Shown: positions 8,368 through 18,778, counted from the stretch's first letter. The stretch: DNA of 37,722 nucleotides from Campylobacterota bacterium (GCA_034722955.1 JAYEOM010000089.1:1-37722); one strand, 5' to 3'. Made by a program: numbers and translations. The notes: generated by a model from the sequence alone, not told the origin.

Positions 8368-8832
8368 TTAAATCTTTTGATCTCTATTGTGATTTTTTGC
8401 TAAATACTCTTCCGCATCCCAGCTCTCTATAGCTCTTCTTTTGGACTCTTTTGACATGACTCCTGCTCCTGAAGTGTATAGCAGTTTTTTCTCATTGTTG
8501 TAAACCTTTGCACTGCATACACCACAGCTAGGACTGCGATCTTTGCCTATATATAGATCTATATCCGGATATTTATCAAAAAAATTCTCTGCATATTTTT
8601 TTACAGGAGAGGAGAGATCAGCACCTGTTAGATTGGATATGGCTCTGATCTCATCAGCTCTCTCTATCAGATCCATTGTAGCTCTTGGAGAACCAAAAGC
8701 AAAATCTTCAGGACAGAAAGGAGTCAATATATAGCCATCCAACTTCTCCAATAGCTCTATGTCGAGATTGTCTGTTGCATCATAACGACACTTTTGACCA
8801 ACCAGACAAGCTGAGATGGCAACTCTTTTCAT
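8368..8832 (-). CDS. DUF523 (2-thiouracil desulfurase-like) Fe-S protein
   Basis: ISACLVGQKCRYD, CPE...G.PR and SPSCG motifs. Confidence 0.85.
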   Translation of the reverse strand: MKRVAISACLVGQKCRYDATDNLDIELLEKLDGYILTPFCPEDFAFGSPRATMDLIERADEIRAISNLTGADLSSPVKKYAENFFDKYPDIDLYIGKDRSPSCGVCSAKVYNNEKKLLYTSGAGVMSKESKRRAIESWDAEEYLAKNHNRDQKI

Positions 8833-8897
8833 ATCCGACTCCTTGCAATGTGGTATTATACCCTAAGGAGCTGGCAAATAATAACTTAAGGCTACCT

Positions 8898-9377
8898 CTA
8901 ATAAACAAATAAAAACAGATAAACCCACAAACCTGTCAAGGAGGTCAAAAAGATCCCCCATGTGCTTTGAATACCTAGTCTTTTATGAGCAGCAGAGAAG
9001 CTTCCCGGAAGTCTATTGTTTCGATAGGCTATCATCCCTGCTATTATAGTTCGACTCCACCAAACTAGTGTTGCGACAGAGACAATAATGTGAAAAATTA
9101 GAAAATAAAAGATAAAACTCTCTGAGATAGAGCTCTCCTTGACAAAAGTATCAAATCCCCCATCTACACGCACACCATACTCAAAATAGCTGATCACAAT
9201 AACAGAAGCAACAAAAATAGATAGTTGAGATGCGATATGAAGTTTAAACGCTCTTCTCCTTGCCAAAAGAGTGGCAAGTACAACAAGAAGAGGCAGTAGT
9301 ATCACAATGAGTGTCACATAGTCCATAAAGAGAGGTGCTCTCGTACCCATGAAGCCAGCTTGAAACATATATTCCAT
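8898..9377 (-). CDS. DUF420 family membrane protein
   Basis: Four TM helices with the conserved H (LHIASQ, FHII, HKRLG) and TGLWVY ending. Confidence 0.8.
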   Translation of the reverse strand: MEYMFQAGFMGTRAPLFMDYVTLIVILLPLLVVLATLLARRRAFKLHIASQLSIFVASVIVISYFEYGVRVDGGFDTFVKESSISESFIFYFLIFHIIVSVATLVWWSRTIIAGMIAYRNNRLPGSFSAAHKRLGIQSTWGIFLTSLTGLWVYLFLFVY

Positions 9378-9396
9378 ATCTTAACCTTATAGTTGA

Positions 9397-10842
9397 TCAG
9401 CAGATCACAATAGATTTGACTTCGGTGAACTCTTCAAGTGCCCACTTTGGTCCTTCACGACCTACACCGGATAGCTTACTGCCACCATAGGGCTGTACAT
9501 CAAAACGCAAAGTTGGTATATCATTGATTACGACTCCGCCACACTCTGCATCGTCAATAAAACGCTGCGTAAGGCTAAGGTCATTTGTAAAGATACTAAA
9601 CTGTAACCCATACGGTGAATTGTTCATCTTTTTGATAGCAGTCTCATAACTCTCCACTGCTACAAGACTGACGATGGGTGCGAAAACCTCTTCGCATATG
9701 ATCTTCATATCATCTGTTACATCTCCCATCACGGTAGGAGGAAATAGACCATCGACCTCTTCTCCACCTGCAATCACCTTGGCTCCCTCATTTTTGGCTG
9801 AAGCTACCCAAGTTCTCGCACGCTGTTTGGCATCATCATCTATGAGTGGGCCCATAAAGGTATCCTCCTCATAGGGGCTCCCTACATTGAGTTTTTTTGT
9901 CTCTGCTGCCATCAACTCTGAGAACTCTTTGTATACCTCTCCATTCACATAGATCCTCTGTAGAGAGATGCAGACTTGACCACTATTGTAGAAGGCTCCA
10001 AATGCACATCTAGCCGCAGCCAACGCCAAATCAGCACTGCAATCTATATAGGTAGCAGCATTTCCGCCAAGTTCGAGTGCTACTTTTTTGATACCGGCTT
10101 GAGTAGTGATGATCTTGCCTACAGATACAGAGCCGGTAAAACTGACAACTCTAGGTATGGCACTCTTTACTAAAGCTGAACCGACCTCTGCATCGCCATA
10201 TACAACACTCAATGCATCTTTGGTAGCATACTCAGAGTCTATAAATGCTTTGGCAAACATGTAGGCTGTTTTTGGTGCTTCCGGTGTAGGTTTGAGTACA
10301 ACACTGTTTCCTGCACCTAGTGCTGGCGCTATCTTGTGTGCTATGAGATTGAGAGGGAAGTTAAATGGGGTGATACATGCAACTACACCTACAGGATCTC
10401 TTCGGAAATAGGCCATAGTTCGTTTTCCGCTTGGCATCAGGTCGGTAGGTATCGTTTCGCCATGGAGATTTGCCAACTCTGCAATAGTTATCTTGATGGT
10501 TTCAATACATCGGTCTACCTCTATACGCGAAAAAGCTATAGGTTTTGCCACCTCATCAGTGAGTACCATAGCAAAAGCTTCTCTCTCTTGTGTAAGCGTA
10601 TGTGCTACATCCTCTAGCCACTTGATACGCTGCGATAGCGGTACCTTTGCAGCAGTATAGCTGGCCAATTTGGCGATCTCGAGTGCACGATTTGTATCTT
10701 CTGCATCACAGATGGGGACAATGCTTACAACATGATCATCGTAGGGACTTTTCCGCTCTGCTGTTTCTGTTTTGCTCTCTTCGGTAGAACCAAAAAAAAC
10801 TTTGACATTATTCTCTGCTTTGTTTTCAAACAATCCAAACAT
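9397..10842 (-). CDS. NAD(P)-dependent aldehyde dehydrogenase family protein
   Basis: ITPFNFP, FTGS..VG, LELGGNA, catalytic GQVCIS, EEVFAP, PYGGSKLSGVGREG. Confidence 0.92.
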   Translation of the reverse strand: MFGLFENKAENNVKVFFGSTEESKTETAERKSPYDDHVVSIVPICDAEDTNRALEIAKLASYTAAKVPLSQRIKWLEDVAHTLTQEREAFAMVLTDEVAKPIAFSRIEVDRCIETIKITIAELANLHGETIPTDLMPSGKRTMAYFRRDPVGVVACITPFNFPLNLIAHKIAPALGAGNSVVLKPTPEAPKTAYMFAKAFIDSEYATKDALSVVYGDAEVGSALVKSAIPRVVSFTGSVSVGKIITTQAGIKKVALELGGNAATYIDCSADLALAAARCAFGAFYNSGQVCISLQRIYVNGEVYKEFSELMAAETKKLNVGSPYEEDTFMGPLIDDDAKQRARTWVASAKNEGAKVIAGGEEVDGLFPPTVMGDVTDDMKIICEEVFAPIVSLVAVESYETAIKKMNNSPYGLQFSIFTNDLSLTQRFIDDAECGGVVINDIPTLRFDVQPYGGSKLSGVGREGPKWALEEFTEVKSIVIC

Positions 10843-10915
10843 TATATAATCCTTTTGAAGTATATAACATAGATTGTATCGTAAGTAGGATTAGAAGTTG
10901 CTCTGTAGAGTAAAA

Positions 10916-10939
10916 CTATTGGGTGTTTATTTCATTGGG
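10916..10939. repeat. Partial second copy of the 6854-6907 element
   Basis: TTGGGTGTTTATTTCATTGGG at 10919-10939 is identical to 6880-6900, same orientation. Confidence 0.8.
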
Positions 10940-11142
10940 TCACAATAGCTTCTCTTCAGGATAAATTTGTATATGAGATCTTTGGTTACAAGTGCCAAAC
11001 AGTATACCCATAAAATATCCATGATAATATTGGGCTTATACTCAAGCCCATAGAGTAGCAGAGGCCAACCTATGAGGATAATATACTTCATATAGTAGAA
11101 AAAAAGTATGCCTACTCCATATATCTCTTTTACTATTTTCAT
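10927..11142 (-). CDS. Small hypothetical membrane protein (71 aa, about 2 TM) at end of nap operon
   Basis: ATG at 11142, 4 nt after the napD stop; two hydrophobic stretches. The longer ORF-track start overlaps napD. Confidence 0.6.
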   Translation of the reverse strand: MKIVKEIYGVGILFFYYMKYIILIGWPLLLYGLEYKPNIIMDILWVYCLALVTKDLIYKFILKRSYCDPMK

Positions 11143-11146
11143 AAAC

Positions 11147-11497
11147 TTAAAACTTCTTCTTGAGATCTCCATTATAGATGACATCTCTAAAGTCTATCGA
11201 ATCATCGTTAAGAACTGCCGGTACTTCACCCGACTCTTCAAGTTTTTTGATCTCATCATCTAGCTGATCCTCTTGATAAGTCTGCATCATATCAGCTGCT
11301 ATGATATGGGGAATTGCTTGGATGGCAGCTAGTTTCTGCATATCCTCCTCAACATCTTTGCCTTCAACGGTAATGATAATCTTGCCTTTGGCTTTCTCTC
11401 CAAAATGGTAATCACAGAGTCCACTTGCTTCAAGATCCTCCCTGACTTTATCATAATGCTCTTGTTTGCACTGGACTACGATACTCGATATGTTCAT
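11147..11497 (-). CDS. napD: Chaperone NapD
   Basis: MNISSIVV...GKIIITVEG motif; terminal position in the nap cluster. Confidence 0.9.
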   Translation of the reverse strand: MNISSIVVQCKQEHYDKVREDLEASGLCDYHFGEKAKGKIIITVEGKDVEEDMQKLAAIQAIPHIIAADMMQTYQEDQLDDEIKKLEESGEVPAVLNDDSIDFRDVIYNGDLKKKF

Positions 11498-11513
11498 TCT
11501 ATTACTCCTTTTA

Positions 11514-12464
11514 TTATGGTAGTTTCCACATCATGATCATAGGATCACTACTCGCTGAGAATAGAATCTTTTCGCCTAAAAAAATGATGGTGTTGAGTGT
11601 ACTCTTTTGACCTTTAAGTAGAGCTACCTGCTGACGATTTTGCAGATCAAATATACCAATATCATTGGCTTCATTTATAGCGTAAGCAGCTTTTTTACCA
11701 CTAGGACTCAGTGCTGTGGCATATATAAGAAATGAACCCTCAAAATAGGCTCCCCTGCCGCTGGGTAACTTATAGTAAGAGCCTCTCCTATCTTGTCCGG
11801 CTCCCGTCACAACACTGTTTTTGATATCTACTCTATATGTATTATCTAGGTTTTCTCCTTTTAGTATCTGGATTACTCTCCCTTTTTGTACATCCACTAC
11901 AGATATCTCTCCACTCTCACACCCTATAACAGCAGTATCCTTGGCAGTGTTGAGGGCAAAATCAGAAAATTTGGATTGGCTTATTTGAAAGCGATAGATC
12001 TCTTTTTTATCTATAAAGTTATAGAGTATGACCTCATTGCCCAGAGTTCCTAAAAAAACATGCTGATCATCTATAAATCTCGCTTTTGCTAGAGCTTGAC
12101 GATCTTGAACAGAGATGATCTTCTCTGTAACACCGTTTTCATGTATATATAGATTTCGATATCCGGACTTTCCTTCACTCATAAGAAGATATTTCCCATT
12201 GAGGTGATCGACAGAGAATACTTTGGGGTAGATCTCGTCACCCATAAAGTCTTTGATCTTAGGCAATATGATAGTTTTAGCCAACTGCTGTGTATGGTGG
12301 TCAAAGATCTGTAGCTCACCATGACCGGTACCTGCATAGAGATACTGTTCATCAGCAACAATATCATACACTATGCCACTGGCTTTCATCTCATGCAGCG
12401 GTGCTAAGGTTTGTCCAAAAAGTGCAGTCATCAGTGTCATATAAAAAAGGAGTAGTTGTTTCAT
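11514..12464 (-). CDS. napL: Periplasmic WD40/beta-propeller nitrate reductase accessory protein
   Basis: Signal peptide, LPKIKDFMGD motif, WD40-like repeats, position upstream of napD. Confidence 0.85.
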   Translation of the reverse strand: MKQLLLFYMTLMTALFGQTLAPLHEMKASGIVYDIVADEQYLYAGTGHGELQIFDHHTQQLAKTIILPKIKDFMGDEIYPKVFSVDHLNGKYLLMSEGKSGYRNLYIHENGVTEKIISVQDRQALAKARFIDDQHVFLGTLGNEVILYNFIDKKEIYRFQISQSKFSDFALNTAKDTAVIGCESGEISVVDVQKGRVIQILKGENLDNTYRVDIKNSVVTGAGQDRRGSYYKLPSGRGAYFEGSFLIYATALSPSGKKAAYAINEANDIGIFDLQNRQQVALLKGQKSTLNTIIFLGEKILFSASSDPMIMMWKLP

Positions 12465-12473
12465 TGTTTTACC

Positions 12474-12824
12474 TTAGAGTATCTGCTCAATCTCACCTAG
12501 GACGACACGAGTTATGCCCTCTTCATCTTCTCTAGTCATAACACCATAGAGATCCTCTTGTGATGCATAAAAGTTTGAAAATATTTCACTCTTCTCATAT
12601 ATATCGGGCAGTGATGCAAAAATCTCCTCTCCTATACTCTCCTGTAGCAGATCTGTCAGATAGATCAGGTAGTTGTAATCCTCAGGATCAATAGCATCAA
12701 ATTCGTCAGAGTCTACATCATTGTAGTTCTCATCAATGACAAGAATATATCTCAATTGGTCTGTATCTTCAGGCACTCTACTCATAAGCTTGGGAAAGCT
12801 CCTCTTTAGTTGATCTATGGTCAT
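12474..12824 (-). CDS. Highly acidic hypothetical protein embedded in nap operon
   Basis: 116-aa ORF with GAGGAG RBS, ATGA overlap with the napF stop and 9 nt gap to napL; Asp/Glu-rich; no signal peptide. Confidence 0.8.
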   Translation of the reverse strand: MTIDQLKRSFPKLMSRVPEDTDQLRYILVIDENYNDVDSDEFDAIDPEDYNYLIYLTDLLQESIGEEIFASLPDIYEKSEIFSNFYASQEDLYGVMTREDEEGITRVVLGEIEQIL

Positions 12825-13375
12825 ATATTCTCCTCTATGTTTTCATTTGAAATTGTAGCAATTTCATTTGCCAGATAGGTGATGGCTTGAGTAGGACATC
12901 TCCCCAAGCAGTAGCCGCATCCTGTGCATTTTCCATCATCTATTACTGGATTGAACATCCCGTTAAATAGTATGGCATCATCGATACATGGCTCTTTGCA
13001 AGAGAAGCAGACAACACCGTGATGTGCAACACAACCTTCAGTTGATATACGGAAACTGGCATTTATCTGTTGGGCGGTATGGTGGTGATCTAGAGTCAGT
13101 ACAGCCACAGGGCAAGCTTCGGCACAATCTTCACAAAAAGTACAACCTGTTTTGTTAAAGTTTAGCATTGGGGTTTTGTCTGCACGGATAATAATAATCT
13201 CTTGTTCACAAGAAGTGACACATGCCTGACTTTCACAGCTAGGACACTCACTCTGAAAAAGAGACTCATTAGAGCCATAGGGAGGTCTGACAATCAGATC
13301 CTCCCTAGAAGCTTTGTCGCTGATTAGATCAGCTGGTTTGCGAAATGCAGTGAAGAAATCGCGACGGGATGCCAC
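12821..13375 (-). CDS. napF: Ferredoxin-type protein NapF
   Basis: SRRDFF N-terminus, RPPY motif, four Cys clusters (e.g. CTFCEDCAEACP, CTGCGYCLGRCP). Confidence 0.9.
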   Translation of the reverse strand: MASRRDFFTAFRKPADLISDKASREDLIVRPPYGSNESLFQSECPSCESQACVTSCEQEIIIIRADKTPMLNFNKTGCTFCEDCAEACPVAVLTLDHHHTAQQINASFRISTEGCVAHHGVVCFSCKEPCIDDAILFNGMFNPVIDDGKCTGCGYCLGRCPTQAITYLANEIATISNENIEENI

Positions 13376-14058
13376 TATTCAACACCTTCATTCATAGCAT
13401 CTGCCAAACTAGAGTGTGATTTTAGGATATCTCCTTCACCAAAATCACCCTGGAATGTATTTCCTACAGCAGCATCTATTTTTGCCTGTGGGGCATGACA
13501 CTGTGAGCAGTTAAATCTACCCTGATAGAGAGACTCGGTTTTAGTCGTAACAGCGATAAGAACATCACTAGTATTTGTAGATCCTAACTCTTTACCCTCT
13601 TTTACTACTTTACCCTCTTCTATGACTGTAACAGGTCTATAGTTGGTGAAGTGCGAAGAGGGAATAGCAGTTGCACCTACACCCTTGGCTACATCCGGCA
13701 TATGACAGCCGAGACACTGGTTATTGTCTGTTGTGATAGGAAGAAGACCCTCTACACTATGTGGAATCATAGGGGGTGCATTAACAAAAGCTCTCTCAAA
13801 TAGAGTTGCAGATCCAGGTGCAGGTCGGCTATAGTCTGCCTGAGCACCCTCTGTATCTTTCTCTTCAGAGTATAGATCAGTCTTTCTCAATCCAAGTGAT
13901 AATTCACTTACAGATCCTCTATTGCTAAGACTCTCTTGTTTAATTCTCTCTGCATTACTTGCTTTTTTATTGATATCAACTACATCAGCTTTTTCTGCTG
14001 CATAGAGACCTGATATCACAAGCAGTGAACTCAGTGCTATTTTAACTAATATTCTCAT
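13375..14058 (-). CDS. napB: Periplasmic nitrate reductase diheme cytochrome c subunit
   Basis: NAPPMIPHS, CLGCH, SHF, RFNCSQCHAPQ. Confidence 0.95.
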   Translation of the reverse strand: MRILVKIALSSLLVISGLYAAEKADVVDINKKASNAERIKQESLSNRGSVSELSLGLRKTDLYSEEKDTEGAQADYSRPAPGSATLFERAFVNAPPMIPHSVEGLLPITTDNNQCLGCHMPDVAKGVGATAIPSSHFTNYRPVTVIEEGKVVKEGKELGSTNTSDVLIAVTTKTESLYQGRFNCSQCHAPQAKIDAAVGNTFQGDFGEGDILKSHSSLADAMNEGVE

Positions 14059-14073
14059 TGTATACCTCCCGGT

Positions 14074-14874
14074 TTATTTTTTTATATAGTTGCGGATATG
14101 AAACTCTAGTGCATCGTCATCACAGACATCGACACATCTTCCGCAGTTGGTGCACTCTTGCATCGCTACATCTTCGCTGCGTTTCCCGATCATATTGAGT
14201 ACTTGTACTTCAGGACAGACATCTTTACACTTCATACAGAGTGTACAGTTTTCACTGTTGTGATCAACCCTAAAGAGACTGTACTTTCCTATGATAGAGT
14301 GTACACCACCTAGCGGACAGATATGTCCGCACCATCCATTTTTAAGAACAAAGAGATCAAAGAAGAAGATCGCCACTAGCAATCCTGCTCCTGCTCCAAA
14401 ACCAAAGATAACACCACGATTGAAAATCGTAATCGGAGAGATGACTTCAAATGCTGCCATACCTGTCACAAAAGAGACCACCAATGCAAGTACAAGCATA
14501 TAGTAACGCAGATTTCTGCTCACCCATAACTTGCGTTCGATTTTGTCTATGTATAGTTTCCGTCTTAGCCAGTTGGCTGCATCGGTTACCAAGTTGACAG
14601 GACAGACCCAGCTACAGAAAGCTCTTCCCCCGATAACTGCATAGAAGAGTACGATGATAATCGCTCCCAATATAACATCAAGTGCAAGTGCAGCACCTGC
14701 TGCTAACATTTGCAAAATGGCAAATGGATCACTAAGCGGTATCGTATCTAGGATCAAAGAGCTCGATAGCGTACCTGAAAGTATACTCCAACCAAAGGCA
14801 TTTGCACCAAAATAGAGTACCAGAAGTGTAATCTGACTGACTCTTCTAAGGATGAGATATTTATAACTACTCAA
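14074..14874 (-). CDS. napH: Quinol dehydrogenase membrane ferredoxin subunit
   Basis: GRAFCSWVCP, GWCGHICPLG, two C-terminal 4Fe-4S motifs, TM helices. Confidence 0.95.
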   Translation of the reverse strand: MSSYKYLILRRVSQITLLVLYFGANAFGWSILSGTLSSSLILDTIPLSDPFAILQMLAAGAALALDVILGAIIIVLFYAVIGGRAFCSWVCPVNLVTDAANWLRRKLYIDKIERKLWVSRNLRYYMLVLALVVSFVTGMAAFEVISPITIFNRGVIFGFGAGAGLLVAIFFFDLFVLKNGWCGHICPLGGVHSIIGKYSLFRVDHNSENCTLCMKCKDVCPEVQVLNMIGKRSEDVAMQECTNCGRCVDVCDDDALEFHIRNYIKK

Positions 14875-15718
14875 AACTCACTCCTTCATTTAGATAGTCT
14901 GTTGCATCTTCTTGACTTCGTTCTCCATGAGTAGTCATATCCTTGTCACTCTGATTTGCTACTCTCTCTTGATCCTTCTGATCCCATCCTTTGACATAGT
15001 GATCACCCGGTTTTCCAAGTGCCAACTCTCTAGGCTGCATAAATATCGCTGGCTTCTCTGTAACGCAAGCTTTTTCACACAAGCCGCACCCTGTACAGAT
15101 ATCCATCACTATGACAGGCATCAAGAAGGCATGTTTGCCAGTTCTCTCATTTCTGCCATACTCAAGTTTGATCGCTTCATCCATAAGAGGACAGGCACGA
15201 TAGCAAGCATCACACTGTATGCCCCAAAAGGCGATACAGGAGTTGGGATCGACTACCGCGATACCCATATCCATCATCCTAAAATCAAGCTCTCCATTTT
15301 TATCAGTCACCAAGGCAGGATCTAGTGCTCCTGTCGGACATACTGGTACACATGGGATATCTTCACACATATAACATGGTACATCCATGGGTACAAAAAA
15401 TGGTGTTCCTATGGTCGCATCATCTTGAGCTTTGGCTATCTTGAGTGTACCGGGTCTCTGTTTGCCGGTCTCTTTATCTACATTGCTATCTCTGTTGAGG
15501 CAAGCTTCGGCACAGAGTCCGCACTTGATACATGTTCTTAAAAAATCTTTTTCAGGGAGTGCAGCAGGAGGTCTCATGGTGAGGATAGAACCCTTGGCTT
15601 TCTCTGCATAACCTGCCCAGAGTAATCCACCCATAACCCCTAGTCCAGCACCTTGTGCAACATTGGTAAAGAACCTTCGTCGTTCGGTGATTTGGACTTT
15701 TTTGACCTCTTTTTCCAC
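14867..15718 (-). CDS. napG: Periplasmic polyferredoxin NapG
   Basis: Tat motif ERRRFF, RPP, CIKCGLCAEAC, PCYMCEDIPC...CP, C..CYRACP, CTGCGLCEKAC. Confidence 0.95.
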   Translation of the reverse strand: MEKEVKKVQITERRRFFTNVAQGAGLGVMGGLLWAGYAEKAKGSILTMRPPAALPEKDFLRTCIKCGLCAEACLNRDSNVDKETGKQRPGTLKIAKAQDDATIGTPFFVPMDVPCYMCEDIPCVPVCPTGALDPALVTDKNGELDFRMMDMGIAVVDPNSCIAFWGIQCDACYRACPLMDEAIKLEYGRNERTGKHAFLMPVIVMDICTGCGLCEKACVTEKPAIFMQPRELALGKPGDHYVKGWDQKDQERVANQSDKDMTTHGERSQEDATDYLNEGVSFE

Positions 15719-15734
15719 TCTCTTATCCTTTTAC

Positions 15735-18563
15735 TTAAACTTTATACAGTTTGACTGCACATTTTTTGAAGTCTGTCTGTTTTGACATTGGACATGTCGC
15801 ATCAAGACAAACTTTGTTGATAAAGACTTTCTCATCAAACCAAGGTACAAATACCAAGCCCTGTGATGGTCTGTTACGACCTCTAGTCTCTACTCTCGCT
15901 TTGACCTTGCCTCTTCTTGAGTCAACCCAGATAAGTTGACCATTTTTGAAGCCTTGCTCTTTAGCATCTTTTGGATTCATATAACAGAGTGCTTCAGGAA
16001 CTGCACGATATAGTTCAGGAACTCTCATCGTCATCGTACCTGAGTGCCAATGCTCAAGAACACGCCCTGTACAGAGCCACATATTGTAGTCTGCATCTGG
16101 CATCTCTGGTGGATCCATATATGGTCTGGCATATATTTTTGCTTTATTTGGAAGAGGTTTTTTCTTTTTGTCTTTGATGCCTTTCAAATCACCTTGTGCC
16201 AAAGCCTTTGCCAATGTACCATAGAATGCAAAGTCACCGCCTGGGTTGGCTTTTGCCGCATATGGGTCGTATTTGACATTAAATCTCCACTGTGTCTCTT
16301 TGCCATCGACAACAGGCCACTTAAGTCCTCTAACTTTGTGATAAACATTGAATGGTGCCAAGTCATGTGCATGACCTCTACCAAAGTCGGCATACTCTTC
16401 AAATAGGTACTCATGGATCATAAATCCATAACCCTTCCAAGGTTTGCCATCACTACCATTGATATTTCTGCTATCTCCGAGTACTTCTGTATCGTCATAG
16501 CCTTTCTCTGGGAACTTTGTCGTATCTGACTTATATGATTTTGCTCTCTCATTTGCAAAGAGGATCTCATACATCGTTGTGTCATCGTTGTAGCCCAATT
16601 TCTTGGCATCTGCGATTACATCTGGAAGAACTTTTTTGTTTCTGAGTGTATACTCACCCCAGAGATCCTTGACTGTAAATCTCTTGGAGAGCTCTACCCA
16701 CTGCCAAGTATCTGACATTGCAGCACCTACAGGAAGTACCTGCTGTCTCCATAGTTGTGTACGACGCTCAGCATTTCCATATCCACCCCACTTCTCATAG
16801 ATCATCGCTGATGGTAGAACGAGGTCTGAAACTTTTGCTGAAATACCTGGATATCCATCAGAGGTAACGATGAAGTTATCCATCTCTCTAGCAGCTTTGA
16901 TCCAGTGTGTAGCAGATGCTGTATCCATATAAGGGTTACAGACATTTACCCAAGCAAACTTAACAACACCATCTTCGATATCTCTATGGATCTTCATGAT
17001 GTGCTGATTACCTACAGGGTTCAGTGTACCGGCAGGAATCTTCCAACCACTCTCTACTATTTTTCTATGCTTAGGATTTTTGACCATCATATCTGCCGGC
17101 AATCTGTGACAGAATGTTCCTACTTCTCTAGCTGTACCACAAGCTGAAGGTTGACCAGTCAATGAGAATGCACCGTCACCTGGTTTCGCCTGCTTGTTGA
17201 GCATAAAGTGAACATTGTACGAAAGTGTATTGACCCAAGTACCTCTAGTGTGCTGGTTCATACCCATTGTCCAGAAGGAGACAACTTTTCTGCCTTTTTC
17301 GATGTAGAGATCAGCAAGTGCTTGAAGCTTTTTCTTGAACTCTTCTATATCTTCGTTTGGATCACCTTTGGCGATCTTGGCTGTATAGTCAAGTGTATAT
17401 GGCTCAAGTGACTTTTTGTACTCTTCAAATGAGATCTCCCAGTGCTTCAGAGTGCCTGGGATATGCTCCATCTCATCACCCTCTTTGTAACCATAAGGTT
17501 CAAGTGCAGGTGCCTCTTTTGCAGAGACTTTTTTCTTCATCTCTTTGTTGATAGTTTGCATCTCAAGTGCAGAGTATTTACCAGCTGAACCATCAGGTCT
17601 GACAGGTGTAAGAGACTTCTCACCAGCTCTTCTCATACCATAACCGATATTGCTAGGACTAGCTGCAAATACCATATGTTTTTTAACAAAATCCCAATCG
17701 ATAATCTTCTCAGCATCATCTCTCATAACAATTTCACGAGCGATATAGTTCCAGAGTGCCAAGTCAGTACTTGGAGAGAAGATGATCTCAATATCAGCGA
17801 GGTCAGAAGTTCTATGTGTATAGGTAGAGATATTGACTACTTTTACTTTGCCCGGGTTGGATAGTTTTCTATCTGTAACACGAGACCAGAGAATAGGGTG
17901 CATCTCAGCCATATTAGATCCCCATGAGACTACTGTATCAGTAAGCTCGATATCATCATAACATCCTGACGGCTCATCAATACCAAATGTCTGATAGAAA
18001 CCAACAACTGCTGATGCCATACAGTGACGAGCATTAGGATCGATAGCATTTGAACGGAATCCACCCTTCATCAACTTCTGAGCAGCATACCCTTCCATAA
18101 CAGTATATTGCCCGGAAGCAAATACCGCTACACCTTCAGGACCACTAGCTTTGAGTGCTTTTTTGATATGGACTTCCATCTCATCAAATGCTCTCTTCCA
18201 GCTAACAGGTTTAAATTTACCTTTTTTATCAAACTCACCCTTGTCATTTACTCTTAAAAGAGGAGTCTTAAGTCTATCGGCACCATACATGATCTTTGCA
18301 TTAAAGTAACCCTTAATACAGTTAAGACCTCTATTTACCGGTGCTGCAGGGTCTCCCTTGACTGCTACGATCTTTCCGCCTTTGGTCGCTAGCATAATAC
18401 CACAACCCGTACCACAGAAACGACAAGCTGCCTTATCCCATCTCCAATCTGATTCTGCCTTGGCTGCTGCTGCTTGCGCTTCCTGAGGGACAGAGATCCC
18501 TACAGCTCCCGCTGCTGCTACCGCTGCTGAACTTTTTAAAAAGTCACGTCTACTTACTGACAT
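15735..18563 (-). CDS. napA: Periplasmic nitrate reductase catalytic subunit
   Basis: Start reassigned to ATG 18563 (AAAGGAGG RBS). Tat signal [40 protein letters not shown]-terminal DFKKCAVK. Confidence 0.98.
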   Translation of the reverse strand: MSVSRRDFLKSSAAVAAAGAVGISVPQEAQAAAAKAESDWRWDKAACRFCGTGCGIMLATKGGKIVAVKGDPAAPVNRGLNCIKGYFNAKIMYGADRLKTPLLRVNDKGEFDKKGKFKPVSWKRAFDEMEVHIKKALKASGPEGVAVFASGQYTVMEGYAAQKLMKGGFRSNAIDPNARHCMASAVVGFYQTFGIDEPSGCYDDIELTDTVVSWGSNMAEMHPILWSRVTDRKLSNPGKVKVVNISTYTHRTSDLADIEIIFSPSTDLALWNYIAREIVMRDDAEKIIDWDFVKKHMVFAASPSNIGYGMRRAGEKSLTPVRPDGSAGKYSALEMQTINKEMKKKVSAKEAPALEPYGYKEGDEMEHIPGTLKHWEISFEEYKKSLEPYTLDYTAKIAKGDPNEDIEEFKKKLQALADLYIEKGRKVVSFWTMGMNQHTRGTWVNTLSYNVHFMLNKQAKPGDGAFSLTGQPSACGTAREVGTFCHRLPADMMVKNPKHRKIVESGWKIPAGTLNPVGNQHIMKIHRDIEDGVVKFAWVNVCNPYMDTASATHWIKAAREMDNFIVTSDGYPGISAKVSDLVLPSAMIYEKWGGYGNAERRTQLWRQQVLPVGAAMSDTWQWVELSKRFTVKDLWGEYTLRNKKVLPDVIADAKKLGYNDDTTMYEILFANERAKSYKSDTTKFPEKGYDDTEVLGDSRNINGSDGKPWKGYGFMIHEYLFEEYADFGRGHAHDLAPFNVYHKVRGLKWPVVDGKETQWRFNVKYDPYAAKANPGGDFAFYGTLAKALAQGDLKGIKDKKKKPLPNKAKIYARPYMDPPEMPDADYNMWLCTGRVLEHWHSGTMTMRVPELYRAVPEALCYMNPKDAKEQGFKNGQLIWVDSRRGKVKARVETRGRNRPSQGLVFVPWFDEKVFINKVCLDATCPMSKQTDFKKCAVKLYKV

Positions 18564-18629
18564 ATAGCCTCCTTTAGTTTTTGGAATTTGCAAATCTAAC
18601 GATAGTAGATTATACAAATATACCTGATT

Positions 18630-18672
18630 ATCATATCATTTTAGAAGTAAGGTTATAGTTGATTTATATCAA
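18630..18672 (-). promoter_or_regulatory. Perfect FNR/Nss-type box and extended -10 upstream of napA
   Basis: TTGAT-TTAT-ATCAA at 18659-18672; minus-strand TGA-TATGAT at 18638-18630; centre about -42.5. Confidence 0.8.
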
Positions 18673-18778
18673 TTATAAGCCAAATATACAACTTATCGTT
18701 CGTAAATAAAATAAGAGTAAAATTATCTTATTTTGTTAAAAAGTACATATAAAGGTTTTTGTTCAATTTTATTGATGA

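Noticed and set aside
10870..10880. 11-nt TAGATTGTATC shared with 37456-37466 as a common regulator site
   Set aside because: Largely explained by both being minus-strand TACAAT -10 elements; the ALDH copy has no inverted partner.
18564..18617. N-terminal extensions in the ORF track (napA 18617, nirF 4175, cytochrome 2736, ydeP 34934)
   Set aside because: Downstream ATGs have clear RBSs and place signal peptides or family N-termini at the start.
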